A stretch of DNA of 24,000 nucleotides from an uncultured Alistipes sp. (GTDB lineage: Bacteria; Bacteroidota; Bacteroidia; Bacteroidales; Rikenellaceae), in assembly GCA_900769445.1 (NCBI GenBank), contig CAAGGR010000115.1, positions 118,397 through 142,396 on the forward strand, in the 5' to 3' direction. This document shows positions 5,807 to 14,436 of the stretch, one piece after another. Both the position numbers and the translations under genes were made by a program. Below the pieces are notes generated by a model that made no database searches, was not told where the DNA came from, and saw nothing but the letters and a program-made list of their open reading frames with translations. The first letter of the stretch is position 1, and each line of letters starts with the position of its first letter.

Positions 5807-6325
5807 CTACCAGTTACCTGCTGCAGCCATATATATATCGTTAACCAAAGCCTCGACAATCTCCTCGATAAGCTGATCCTGCACATCTATAAGCAACTGC
5901 GAAGCATCGTAGTCGGCATACGATGAGAATGTCTTATTGCTAAACGATAGAGTCTGGTCGATAGCATTCTGGAAGTTTACCTTAACCGTGATTGTAAGAC
6001 GGTTTTGTAGGGCGTAGTCGCCACTTGATACGGATGAGGTGTTGGATGTATAGTTGGTAATCTCGCCCTCGAATGCGAAATCTCCACCCTCCTCGACCTG
6101 CTGCAAGCGTGTCTGGCGTGAGAACTTATCGCGCAAACCCTCAGTAAGGGCATTGCTCAACGTAGGCGCAACCATAGGTGCATTGTTGGGAAAGTATGCC
6201 ACAGAAAAGGTCTGTGCCGCAGGTGGAATAGAACCACCAGAGAGGTTGTAGGTTACCTTATAGCCACAAGCGCAAGCAACTATCGCTACCGCAATAATGG
6301 TAAATATTTTTGTTAACTTCTTCAT
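5807..6325 (-). CDS. lptE: LptE-like LPS-assembly lipoprotein
   Basis: Lipoprotein signal IAVAIVACAC. Size (172 aa), the F.G.I..Y / RLTITVKV pattern and the position between the sigma-54 activator and secG match Bacteroidetes LptE-family proteins as I remember them. Confidence 0.65.
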   Translation of the reverse strand: MKKLTKIFTIIAVAIVACACGYKVTYNLSGGSIPPAAQTFSVAYFPNNAPMVAPTLSNALTEGLRDKFSRQTRLQQVEEGGDFAFEGEITNYTSNTSSVSSGDYALQNRLTITVKVNFQNAIDQTLSFSNKTFSSYADYDASQLLIDVQDQLIEEIVEALVNDIYMAAAGNW

Positions 6326-6331
6326 AATAAG

Positions 6332-7555
6332 CTATTTTGTGTTGTCGTCAATACCTAGTGCCTTCATTCGTCGATAGAGTGTGCGCTCCGAGATGAAGAG
6401 GTCGCGTGCAGCCTCCTTACGTCGGTAGTTGTTGCGCTGGAGTGCTTGAATAATCTGTTCGCGCTGCACATCATCTTTGGTTAGCTCCTTTGGAAGATCG
6501 TCATCCACAACCTCCACCATATCCTCGTACTCGTAGCGTGGGGCAATCTCTTCGTGGCGCTCTGGGAGCAATCCTGCAATCTCACGCTGCTCACGTTGTG
6601 GTGGCTGTGGTGTAGTGCTTCTGCCCGATAGAGCCTCGGTCATCATACGCTTTAGGTCGTTGATGTCGTTGCGCATATCGAACAAAATCTTGTAGAGCAG
6701 TTCACGCTCTGTAGTCATGCTCTCATAATTATCGTTGCCACCAGCTACCGTGCGTACAGAGTACTCCTCGTTTGGAAGGTAACGACGGAGAATGTCGGCA
6801 GTGATGTTGCGGCTCTGCTCGATAGCAGATATCTGCTCTGCGACATTCTTCAACTGACGAATATTGCCTCGCCAGTGGTAGTTTTCAAGTAGGATGCGCG
6901 CCCCCTCATCAAGGGTGATGGCTGGCATCTTATATTGAACAGCCACGTCGCTGGCAAACTTCCTAAATAGTAGGTATATATCGCCTTTGCGCTCGCGAAG
7001 TGCTGGTACACTGATAGGTACGGTATTTAGACGATAGTACAAATCCTCGCGGAAGCGACCCTCGGCAATAGCGCGCATAAGGTCGTTGTTGGTGGCTGCC
7101 ACAACGCGCACGTTGGTCTTCTGTACCTTTGCCGAGCCTACACGCATAAACTCTCCAGTCTGCAATACGCGGAGTAGGCGCACTTGGGTAGAGATAGGTA
7201 ACTCGCCAACCTCATCAAGGAAGATGGTGCCACCATCAGCCTCCTCGAAGTATCCCTTGCGGCTATCTACGGCACCTGTAAAAGAACCCTTCTCATGGCC
7301 AAAAAGCTCCGAGTCGATAGTACCCTCTGGAATAGCACCGCAGTTAACTGCGATATATTTATTGTGCTTGCGGGCTGAGTTCGAATGGATGATTTTAGGG
7401 AAGAACTCCTTACCAACACCGCTCTCGCCAGTAACCAATACAGAGAGGTCTGTTGGTGCTACTCGCATAGCTATCTCTATGGCAGTATTCAAAGCCTCGG
7501 TATTGCCAATAATACCGAATTGCTGTTTTACTGTGAGAATTTCAGTCGATGTCAT
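6332..7555 (-). CDS. Sigma-54-dependent transcriptional activator (AAA+ plus Fis-type HTH), no N-terminal sensor domain
   Basis: Walker A GESGVGKE, a GSFTGA loop (GAFTGA variant), Walker B FLDEVGE, RxDLYYRL, and C-terminal HTH ERTLYRRMKALGI. The AAA+ core begins about residue 15. Confidence 0.92.
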   Translation of the reverse strand: MTSTEILTVKQQFGIIGNTEALNTAIEIAMRVAPTDLSVLVTGESGVGKEFFPKIIHSNSARKHNKYIAVNCGAIPEGTIDSELFGHEKGSFTGAVDSRKGYFEEADGGTIFLDEVGELPISTQVRLLRVLQTGEFMRVGSAKVQKTNVRVVAATNNDLMRAIAEGRFREDLYYRLNTVPISVPALRERKGDIYLLFRKFASDVAVQYKMPAITLDEGARILLENYHWRGNIRQLKNVAEQISAIEQSRNITADILRRYLPNEEYSVRTVAGGNDNYESMTTERELLYKILFDMRNDINDLKRMMTEALSGRSTTPQPPQREQREIAGLLPERHEEIAPRYEYEDMVEVVDDDLPKELTKDDVQREQIIQALQRNNYRRKEAARDLFISERTLYRRMKALGIDDNTK

Positions 7556-7558
7556 ATC

Positions 7559-8392
7559 CTACTCTGTTACACTATAGTTGATTTCGTGAATTTCGTTGTT
7601 TAACACCATTGCGGGTGTTTGCTCAAGAGAGTCTATTGGCGATATGACCATCAGACTATCTTGCATCATAAGGGAGTCTGCCTCCATTATTGGCTCCTCT
7701 ACAATATGTGTTGCCTCATGGGTAACAGCTTGTTTGCTGCTCAACCAGTACCATAGACCGTAGAGGCCACCTGCAATCATAATGAAGATAAGGAGCAGAA
7801 GTAGCGGTATTCCACGTCGTGGCGCTCTGCGCTTATCTGTTCTATCCTCGCCTCGCTTTTTCTTTCTATCATCATAGTTGAGACCTCGCAAATAGTAGTC
7901 GGGCTTATTTGATGATAGGGTATTGGTCTCGGCAGCCTGGGGCTTAGGTTTCGCCTTTTGTGCTTTAACCTCACTCTCGGATAGTGAAATAGTATTTGTT
8001 AACAATCCCAATTTCAGCTTCTCGAGATTGAGCGCCTCGACCGGAGGTTTAATGCTGCCACCAATAACTCTTGGCTCAGACTTATGGCTAAATAGAATTG
8101 TGTTATTCTCTCCCGGGCGGAACTCTCCAAAATCTGCAATTGTATATTTCTCGCCTTGGCTTAGGGCGTGGCGTATCTCAAAGACAAATCTGTCAATTTT
8201 GCCGATAGCCTCAAGCTCGCTAATATTATACGCCACAAGCAGCGAGCGCAATACTCCGTCGTCGTTGCGGATAAGGTCTGTAAAACGAATAATACCAGAT
8301 GGTTGCTTAACTATAAACGCACCAAGCTTAGGCACAACAATACGCTTGTTGTGCTTGAGATACTCGATAAGTATGTTGGTAATAAGCTCCAC
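7559..8392 (-). CDS. HU-fold-like N-terminal domain protein with a basic linker and single TM helix
   Basis: 277-aa ORF with a GTG start (an upstream in-frame ATG hits a stop at once). The N-terminus VVPKLGAFIV...IADFGEF resembles the bacterial HU/CCDC81-like domain. It is followed by KKKRGEDRTDKRRAPRR and the TM helix GIPLLLLLIFIMIAGGLYGLWYWL. There is a 3-nt gap to the EBP gene. Confidence 0.7.
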   Translation of the reverse strand: MELITNILIEYLKHNKRIVVPKLGAFIVKQPSGIIRFTDLIRNDDGVLRSLLVAYNISELEAIGKIDRFVFEIRHALSQGEKYTIADFGEFRPGENNTILFSHKSEPRVIGGSIKPPVEALNLEKLKLGLLTNTISLSESEVKAQKAKPKPQAAETNTLSSNKPDYYLRGLNYDDRKKKRGEDRTDKRRAPRRGIPLLLLLIFIMIAGGLYGLWYWLSSKQAVTHEATHIVEEPIMEADSLMMQDSLMVISPIDSLEQTPAMVLNNEIHEINYSVTE

Positions 8393-8418
8393 CTATTTTT
8401 ATTTTTACATATAACGTG

Positions 8419-8449
8419 CAAAGATACAAAACTATTCACAAACTGCAAA
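8419..8449 (-). promoter_or_regulatory. Promoter of the HU-like/EBP/lptE/secG operon (-7 TATCTTTG, -33 TTTG)
   Basis: CAAAGATA at 8419-8426 and CAAA at 8446-8449, with a 19-nt spacer. Confidence 0.6.
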
Positions 8450-8481
8450 ATTTTTGAAAAGAGTGGTCGGTGTAGGTATAC

Positions 8482-8517
8482 AAAAAGAGCTATCCAAAGA
8501 AATATCGGATAGCTCTT
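8482..8517 (-). terminator. Terminator of the 82-aa gene
   Basis: An 11-bp perfect stem AAGAGCTATCC / GGATAGCTCTT (8485-8495 / 8507-8517), followed on the minus strand by TTTTTG. Confidence 0.85.
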
Positions 8518-8539
8518 CCAATTTATCTACTATTTTGTT

Positions 8540-8788
8540 TTACTCCTTCTGCTCGTTTAGAATGCGCATTGCAGCATCGAATATAGTTGTGTCGTCAAGA
8601 GTTACAACACCACCGTCTGGACCCTGCTCTATATGAATGCCTACACCCTCTTTAGCGTCAAAATGCTTGCCACCAAAGTAGTTGCGTACTGTATCAACGT
8701 CGATTCCCAATTCGTCTGCGATGCGCTGCGAGCTGCCACTAGGCAACTTGTCCTTGATGCGGCGCAATTCATTAAATGTAATAATCAT
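8540..8788 (-). CDS. Small hypothetical protein with a putative helix-turn-helix
   Basis: 82-aa ORF. SSQRIADELGIDVDTVRNYF looks like an HTH. It has its own strong terminator (8482-8517). Function is unknown. Confidence 0.7.
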   Translation of the reverse strand: MIITFNELRRIKDKLPSGSSQRIADELGIDVDTVRNYFGGKHFDAKEGVGIHIEQGPDGGVVTLDDTTIFDAAMRILNEQKE

Positions 8789-8904
8789 AACTTTCTAATA
8801 TTAGTTGATAAATTTGTTTCGCACTACTAAATTAATACAATTTTTCGGAACAGCCAAACATTTGTGATTATTTTTGCAAAATATTTCAATATTTCTGCAT
8901 ATCT

Positions 8905-8947
8905 ATAAATGAATAAGAGCGGTCGTACATCTCTGTAGACCGCCCTT
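8905..8947 (-). terminator. Terminator of ppdK
   Basis: Stem AAGAGCGGTC / GACCGCCCTT (8915-8924 / 8938-8947, one mismatch), followed on the minus strand by TATTCATTTAT. Confidence 0.7.
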
Positions 8948-8968
8948 ATACCATATATATAATATATA

Positions 8969-11695
8969 CTACTCGTTAAGAGCTGCGTGAGCCGCTGCAA
9001 GACGTGCGATAGGCACACGGAATGGTGAACAGCTAACGTAGTTCAAACCTGCGTAGTGGCAGAACTCTACTGATGATGGCTCGCCACCATGCTCACCGCA
9101 GATACCACACTTCAAGTCTGGACGTGTTGTGCGACCCTTGAATACAGCCTCACGAACAAGCTGGCCTACGCCGTTGCGGTCCAATACCTTAAATGGATCG
9201 TTCTTGAGGATGTTCTTCTCGAGGTAGATAGGCAAGAACTTAGCGATATCATCACGAGAGAAACCAAGTGTCATCTGAGTAAGGTCGTTAGTACCGAATG
9301 AGAAGAACTCTGCAACCTCAGCGATCTGGTTAGCTGTAACAGCAGCACGTGGAACCTCAATCATAGTACCTACAAGGTAGTCGATGCGGTCGTTACGCTC
9401 TGCGAATACAGCCTCAGCAGTCTGGTCGATGATGTTCTTCTGGTAGCGAAGCTCCTTGTGGTTACCTACAAGTGGTACCATGATCTCCACCTTAACAGGT
9501 GTGCCAGAAGCCTTAACGTTCATAGCAGCCTCGATGATAGCACGTGCCTGCATCTCTGTAATCTCTGGGTATGTGTTACCAAGACGGCAACCACGGTGGC
9601 CAAGCATTGGGTTAACCTCGTGCAAAGCCTCAACCTTAGCTACAACCTTCTCGAATGGAATGTTCATAACCTCTGCCATCTCGCGCTGATCCTTCTCAGT
9701 GTTAGGAGCGAACTCGTGCAATGGTGGGTCGAGCAAACGTACGATAACTGGGTAGCCATTCATAACCTTGAATAGACCCTCGAAGTCGCCACGCTGCATA
9801 GGCAACAACTTAGAAAGAGCCACACGGCGACCAGCCTCGTCGTCAGAAAGAATCATCTCGCGGATAGCCTTGATGCGATCACCCTCGAAGAACATATGCT
9901 CTGTACGGCAAAGACCGATACCCTGAGCGCCGAATGCGAATGCCTGCTCAGCATCACGTGGAGTATCAGCGTTAGCGCGAACGTTCATCTTAGAGTACTT
10001 ACCTGCAAGCTCCATAAGCTGACCGAAGTCGCCATCAAGGTTTGCAGCCTGTGTAGCTACCTGACCGAGGTAAACCTCACCTGTAGAACCGTTCAATGAA
10101 ATCCAATCACCCTCCTTAATCTCGAAACCGTTAACCTTGATAGTGCGAGCCTTATAGTCGATCTCCAACTCGCCAGCACCTGATACGCAGCACTTACCCA
10201 TACCACGAGCAACAACTGCTGCGTGTGATGTCATACCGCCACGAGCTGTAAGGATACCTGCTGCATCCAACATACCCTTCAAGTCCTCTGGAGATGTCTC
10301 GATACGAACCAAGATAGCCTTCTGACCAGTCTCGTTAAGCACCTTCTCTGCGTCATCAGCGAAGAATACTACTGGACCAGTTGCTGCACCTGGAGATGCT
10401 GGAAGACCCTTAACGATAACCTTAGCGTTCTTGATAGCCTTCTTATCGAATACTGGGTGCAAAAGCTCGTCAAGCTTCTCTGGCTCACAACGCAAAACAG
10501 CAGTCTTCTCGTCGATAAGACCCTCGCGAAGCATATCCATAGCAATCTTAACCATCGCTGCACCTGTACGCTTACCGTTACGGCACTGCAACATCCAAAG
10601 CTTACCATCCTGGATAGTGAACTCGATATCCTGCATATCTGTAAAGTACTCCTCAAGGTGCTGCTGAATGCCATTAAGCTCTGCATATACCTCAGGCATA
10701 ATCTCCTCCAATGATGGGTACTTAGAAGCGCGCTCCTCCTCAGAGATGTTCTGAGCAGCAGCCCAACGCTTTGAACCCTCGATTGTAATCTGCTGAGGAG
10801 TGCGGATACCTGCTACTACGTCCTCACCCTGTGCGTTGATAAGATACTCACCGTTGAAGATGTTCTCACCAGTTGCAGCATCACGTGAGAATGCTACACC
10901 AGTTGCTGAGTTCTCACCCATGTTACCGAATACCATCGCCTGAACAGATACTGCAGTACCCCAAGCCTCTGGGATGTTGTTGAGCTTACGATATAGGATA
11001 GCTCGCTCGTTCATCCATGAGCCAAATACTGCGCAGATAGCACCCCAAAGCTGCTCCCATGCGCTTGTTGGGAACTCCTTACCAGTCTGCTCCTTTACAG
11101 CCTTCTTGAATGCTGCAACAAGCTCCTTAAGATCCTCAGTTGTAAGGTCAGTATCAGCCTTGATACCGCGCTTCTCCTTCTGAGCCTCGATGATAACCTC
11201 GAATGGATCCTGATCCTCCTTAGATGCTGGCTTCATCTCAAGTACAACGTCGCCATACATCTGTACGAAACGACGGTATGAGTCCCAAGCGAAACGTGGG
11301 TTGCCAGAGAGCTTAGCGATAGCCTCAACAGCCTCATCGTTCATACCGAGGTTAAGGATTGTATCCATCATACCTGGCATTGATGCGCGTGCGCCAGAAC
11401 GTACTGAAACCAAAAGAGGAAGTGTAGAATCGCCAAACTTGCGACCAGTAAGGTTCTCGATATTCTTAATCGCTGCCTCAACCTCAGGACGAAGCAACTC
11501 GATAACACGCTCCTTACCCTCCTTGTAGTACTCTGAACATACATCAGTTGTGATTGTAAATCCTGGAGGTACAGGAATACCAATCAAGTTCATCTCAGCG
11601 AGGTTGGCACCCTTACCGCCAAGCAACTCTCTCATCTTGCCATTACCCTCAGCCTCCTTGTTACCGAAGGTATAGACACGCTTTACATCTGCCAT
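8969..11695 (-). CDS. ppdK: Pyruvate, phosphate dikinase
   Basis: 908 aa with the [13 protein letters not shown]-grasp N-terminus, the phospho-histidine motif [13 protein letters not shown], and C-terminal [11 protein letters not shown] and CGEHGG motifs. Confidence 0.98.
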   Translation of the reverse strand: MADVKRVYTFGNKEAEGNGKMRELLGGKGANLAEMNLIGIPVPPGFTITTDVCSEYYKEGKERVIELLRPEVEAAIKNIENLTGRKFGDSTLPLLVSVRSGARASMPGMMDTILNLGMNDEAVEAIAKLSGNPRFAWDSYRRFVQMYGDVVLEMKPASKEDQDPFEVIIEAQKEKRGIKADTDLTTEDLKELVAAFKKAVKEQTGKEFPTSAWEQLWGAICAVFGSWMNERAILYRKLNNIPEAWGTAVSVQAMVFGNMGENSATGVAFSRDAATGENIFNGEYLINAQGEDVVAGIRTPQQITIEGSKRWAAAQNISEEERASKYPSLEEIMPEVYAELNGIQQHLEEYFTDMQDIEFTIQDGKLWMLQCRNGKRTGAAMVKIAMDMLREGLIDEKTAVLRCEPEKLDELLHPVFDKKAIKNAKVIVKGLPASPGAATGPVVFFADDAEKVLNETGQKAILVRIETSPEDLKGMLDAAGILTARGGMTSHAAVVARGMGKCCVSGAGELEIDYKARTIKVNGFEIKEGDWISLNGSTGEVYLGQVATQAANLDGDFGQLMELAGKYSKMNVRANADTPRDAEQAFAFGAQGIGLCRTEHMFFEGDRIKAIREMILSDDEAGRRVALSKLLPMQRGDFEGLFKVMNGYPVIVRLLDPPLHEFAPNTEKDQREMAEVMNIPFEKVVAKVEALHEVNPMLGHRGCRLGNTYPEITEMQARAIIEAAMNVKASGTPVKVEIMVPLVGNHKELRYQKNIIDQTAEAVFAERNDRIDYLVGTMIEVPRAAVTANQIAEVAEFFSFGTNDLTQMTLGFSRDDIAKFLPIYLEKNILKNDPFKVLDRNGVGQLVREAVFKGRTTRPDLKCGICGEHGGEPSSVEFCHYAGLNYVSCSPFRVPIARLAAAHAALNE

Positions 11696-11778
11696 AATTC
11701 TTTAATTTATAATTAGTTAATATGATAATTGCATTTGTTATTGTTTAGCTATTTGCCAATTAGGCACATAATAGCTTA

Positions 11779-11809
11779 CAAAAGTAATTAAATTTTTTTG
11801 AAAATGCAA
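11779..11809 (-). promoter_or_regulatory. Promoter of ppdK (-7 TACTTTTG, -33-like TTGC)
   Basis: CAAAAGTA at 11779-11786 and GCAA at 11806-11809, with a 19-nt spacer. Confidence 0.5.
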
Positions 11810-11876
11810 TAATTATATCAGAATTATATCGATGAAAAGGCGATTATTATCTATAAATCCTGTTGGTGATAGGATG

Positions 11877-12992
11877 CTATTCTTGATGCGATCTCCTATT
11901 TAGCATACGGCGTATCCAGAGATAGTATCCTGTAAGTGGTAGTGTGGCACCGAGCATAGCTGCCAAAAACCACATAATGCGAGAGAGGTAGCCTCCCCAA
12001 TTGCCAACGTGTATGGTGTAGACCCAGCCTCGCACCTTGCGGTTATAGTCCGAGTCTTCATAAAGTATAGTATCGGTTATCTTGCCACTATTGTTGTCGA
12101 ACGAGTATTTGTCCGATGCTCGCTGATTACCCCAACCTGACTGCTTGACCGATACGTCACCATCCGATACTGTTAGCTCTGCAAACTCGCTATTGGTATC
12201 TTTGATGCTATCTACAGCACTCTGCCAGTGGATATATCTCTCCGTATTGGCGTTACGTGTACCTCCCTTTTGTGGTGCGTGCGTGTTGTTATTCGATTTT
12301 GTCTCTACGCCGAATAGTGAGTAAAAACTTTTGCTATACCATTTGAATGACCAGGTTAAGCCTGTCAGTGCCATAGCAAGAAGTAGAAGTGTAGCGTAAA
12401 CACCGCCTACCACGTGCAGGTCGTACCAAAATCGTTTCCACCCTTTGCGTACCTCTATTTTAGTTCGGTTTTTGAGCGCTTTAATACCTTTAGGCCACCA
12501 TAGAACAATGCCTGTTAGGATAATTATAACCATTAGCAGGGTGCTTATACCCACGATAACCTTGCCCCAATATATCGCTCCATCCTCTGGTTTAGTATCC
12601 ATAAGCCAGCGATGTAGACGAAACATGGTCTTGAAAAATCCCAAGCGACCAGGCTCGCCAAGCACCTCACCCGTATATTGGTCTACGTAGATTGCTGCGT
12701 GCTTGGGTGTGTTGATATTAACCTTGTAGGTGCGTTCTGGGTCATCGCTTATGGTAACACCCGTGATACGTCGCCCCTCCTCAAGTAATGGTTCGACATT
12801 TGCCAAAAGCTGGTCTATAGGTAGTGGCTCACCTACAACGTCGGTGTAGTAGTATTCGCTCTGCACAGCCTGTGTTATCTCCTTCTCGAAGATAAGCATT
12901 GCTCCCGTAAAGCAGGTGATAGATATCACGATACCCAATGGTAGCGAAAACCAGAGATGCGCCTTCTTAAAAAACTTTCGCATATACGTCAT
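11877..12992 (-). CDS. PepSY-associated TM-helix membrane protein (XusC/PiuB-like)
   Basis: The KKAHLWFSLPLGIVISITCFTGAMLIFEKEI opening is typical of PepSY_TM proteins, with 4 predicted TM helices. Its ATG overlaps the stop of the upstream gene (minus-strand TAATG, 12990-12994). Confidence 0.85.
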   Translation of the reverse strand: MTYMRKFFKKAHLWFSLPLGIVISITCFTGAMLIFEKEITQAVQSEYYYTDVVGEPLPIDQLLANVEPLLEEGRRITGVTISDDPERTYKVNINTPKHAAIYVDQYTGEVLGEPGRLGFFKTMFRLHRWLMDTKPEDGAIYWGKVIVGISTLLMVIIILTGIVLWWPKGIKALKNRTKIEVRKGWKRFWYDLHVVGGVYATLLLLAMALTGLTWSFKWYSKSFYSLFGVETKSNNNTHAPQKGGTRNANTERYIHWQSAVDSIKDTNSEFAELTVSDGDVSVKQSGWGNQRASDKYSFDNNSGKITDTILYEDSDYNRKVRGWVYTIHVGNWGGYLSRIMWFLAAMLGATLPLTGYYLWIRRMLNRRSHQE

Positions 12993-14407
12993 TAGTTTAT
13001 AGGGTTAAGACGACCAATGCCTGTAATCTGTGTTGCCTCTACTGTAAGACCCTTGGTTGCCACAGCTGTATTGGTGTCGATAGCGTAGATGGCAGGGTAG
13101 TCGTTTGTAAGAGTTACAGCAATGTAACACTTCCCATTCTCCGAATATGGAGCATTACCAAAGCCAGAAATAGTATCTGCGGATGGTAGACCAGTCACTG
13201 GGGTTAGAGTTGCACTCTGCGTGTCAAAGATTGCAAGGCGCGATGCTGTCATCGTTGTTGATGGAGCAAGAGGCATATCATACATCAGCATCAAGAACTT
13301 ATTGCCACCAACATACCATGTACGTAGGAATGAGTGACCATTAGCCAATGCCTCGATATTTACATAGTAGTTGGGATCAAACTCCTCTGTTCCCGCCTTG
13401 ATGCGTACAACACCTGCGGGAAGTGTCGTCTGCTGACGTACATCAGCCATACTCTTGGCGTATGATGGCGAGAAGACATAGATATCACCACTCTCATCCT
13501 TCCAAATCATTTGATAGTATTGTGATTTGTTACGGCCACAAGCATAGCTAATCTTATCTGTACGAATAAGACGCTTTGAGGATAGGGTGTGGTCATCGAA
13601 TATCGCTACCCAGCACTCATCTGGGTATTGTGTCCACTGCAACTCTCCCTCCTTATATGCTCCAGAGCCTGAGCCACCAGCCTCTTTCTTAACTAAATCC
13701 TCATTACCCGACTTTACCCATTTGCCACCTTCGATGTTGACACCATATTGGCTTAGTCCCATAGGAACGGCAGCAGAAAATATTTTGCTATCGACCTCTT
13801 CGATACCAGCCAAGGTCACAAACTCGCCATTGCCGAGGAAGTTCTCGGATAGATACTGCTCCTCAAGGGTGTTGTTTGTGGTGTAGGTCTCGGCCTCAAC
13901 ATCGAGATAGGATATTAGGAACGACTTAGGAAGATACCCCTTATCATCAGCCCACTCCGTAGGACCGTCGCCTGTGGAGAATGTCATAATGTAGTTGTCA
14001 TAGATGCCGTATGTGGTAAATCTGCGTACGGCATACTCTGCAGGGCGTGCCGAGAGAGAGTAGTCGCTATTCATTACATAGGAGCGTGTAGTACCTGCAT
14101 TACCTTGATTGTATGTAAGACCATATAGATACTTATCTCTCCAAAATACCCAGTATGTAGCACCGTCGTTAACTAAACCGTTGGTCATACCCACAGTGCC
14201 ACTATTAAGGTTAGATGCTGTAACCAGAGCGTTAGTCGTAGAGCCTGTAAATGTTCCTTGTGTGGCAAGTACATAAGGACGCTCTGTGTCATTATCTTGC
14301 GAGTCTTTGTTTAGGTCGTGTGTATGAGTCTCACACGCTGCTATTGCTATGAGTGAGAAGATTGAAAATGTCGCTACTGCGAGTTTGTTTAAAATTCTTG
14401 TTTTCAT
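12992..14407 (-). CDS. DUF4374-like surface lipoprotein (XusB-like)
   Basis: Lipoprotein signal LIAIAAC. About 470 aa, with a predicted beta-rich repeat character and the YNQGNAG motif I associate with DUF4374. It is sandwiched between the TonB-dependent receptor and the PepSY gene. The family assignment is from memory plus synteny. Confidence 0.65.
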   Translation of the reverse strand: MKTRILNKLAVATFSIFSLIAIAACETHTHDLNKDSQDNDTERPYVLATQGTFTGSTTNALVTASNLNSGTVGMTNGLVNDGATYWVFWRDKYLYGLTYNQGNAGTTRSYVMNSDYSLSARPAEYAVRRFTTYGIYDNYIMTFSTGDGPTEWADDKGYLPKSFLISYLDVEAETYTTNNTLEEQYLSENFLGNGEFVTLAGIEEVDSKIFSAAVPMGLSQYGVNIEGGKWVKSGNEDLVKKEAGGSGSGAYKEGELQWTQYPDECWVAIFDDHTLSSKRLIRTDKISYACGRNKSQYYQMIWKDESGDIYVFSPSYAKSMADVRQQTTLPAGVVRIKAGTEEFDPNYYVNIEALANGHSFLRTWYVGGNKFLMLMYDMPLAPSTTMTASRLAIFDTQSATLTPVTGLPSADTISGFGNAPYSENGKCYIAVTLTNDYPAIYAIDTNTAVATKGLTVEATQITGIGRLNPIN

Positions 14408-14436
14408 ACTATTATTATTTTACTGTTAATTTCGAT

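Noticed and set aside
9089-11583. Many 60-105-aa ORFs in both orientations inside ppdK, and similar ones inside bamD, the EBP, the TonB receptor, mnmA, folE and the DUF4374-like gene
   Set aside because: All are nested in, or antisense to, long CDS with clear family motifs. None has its own promoter box or any recognisable domain.
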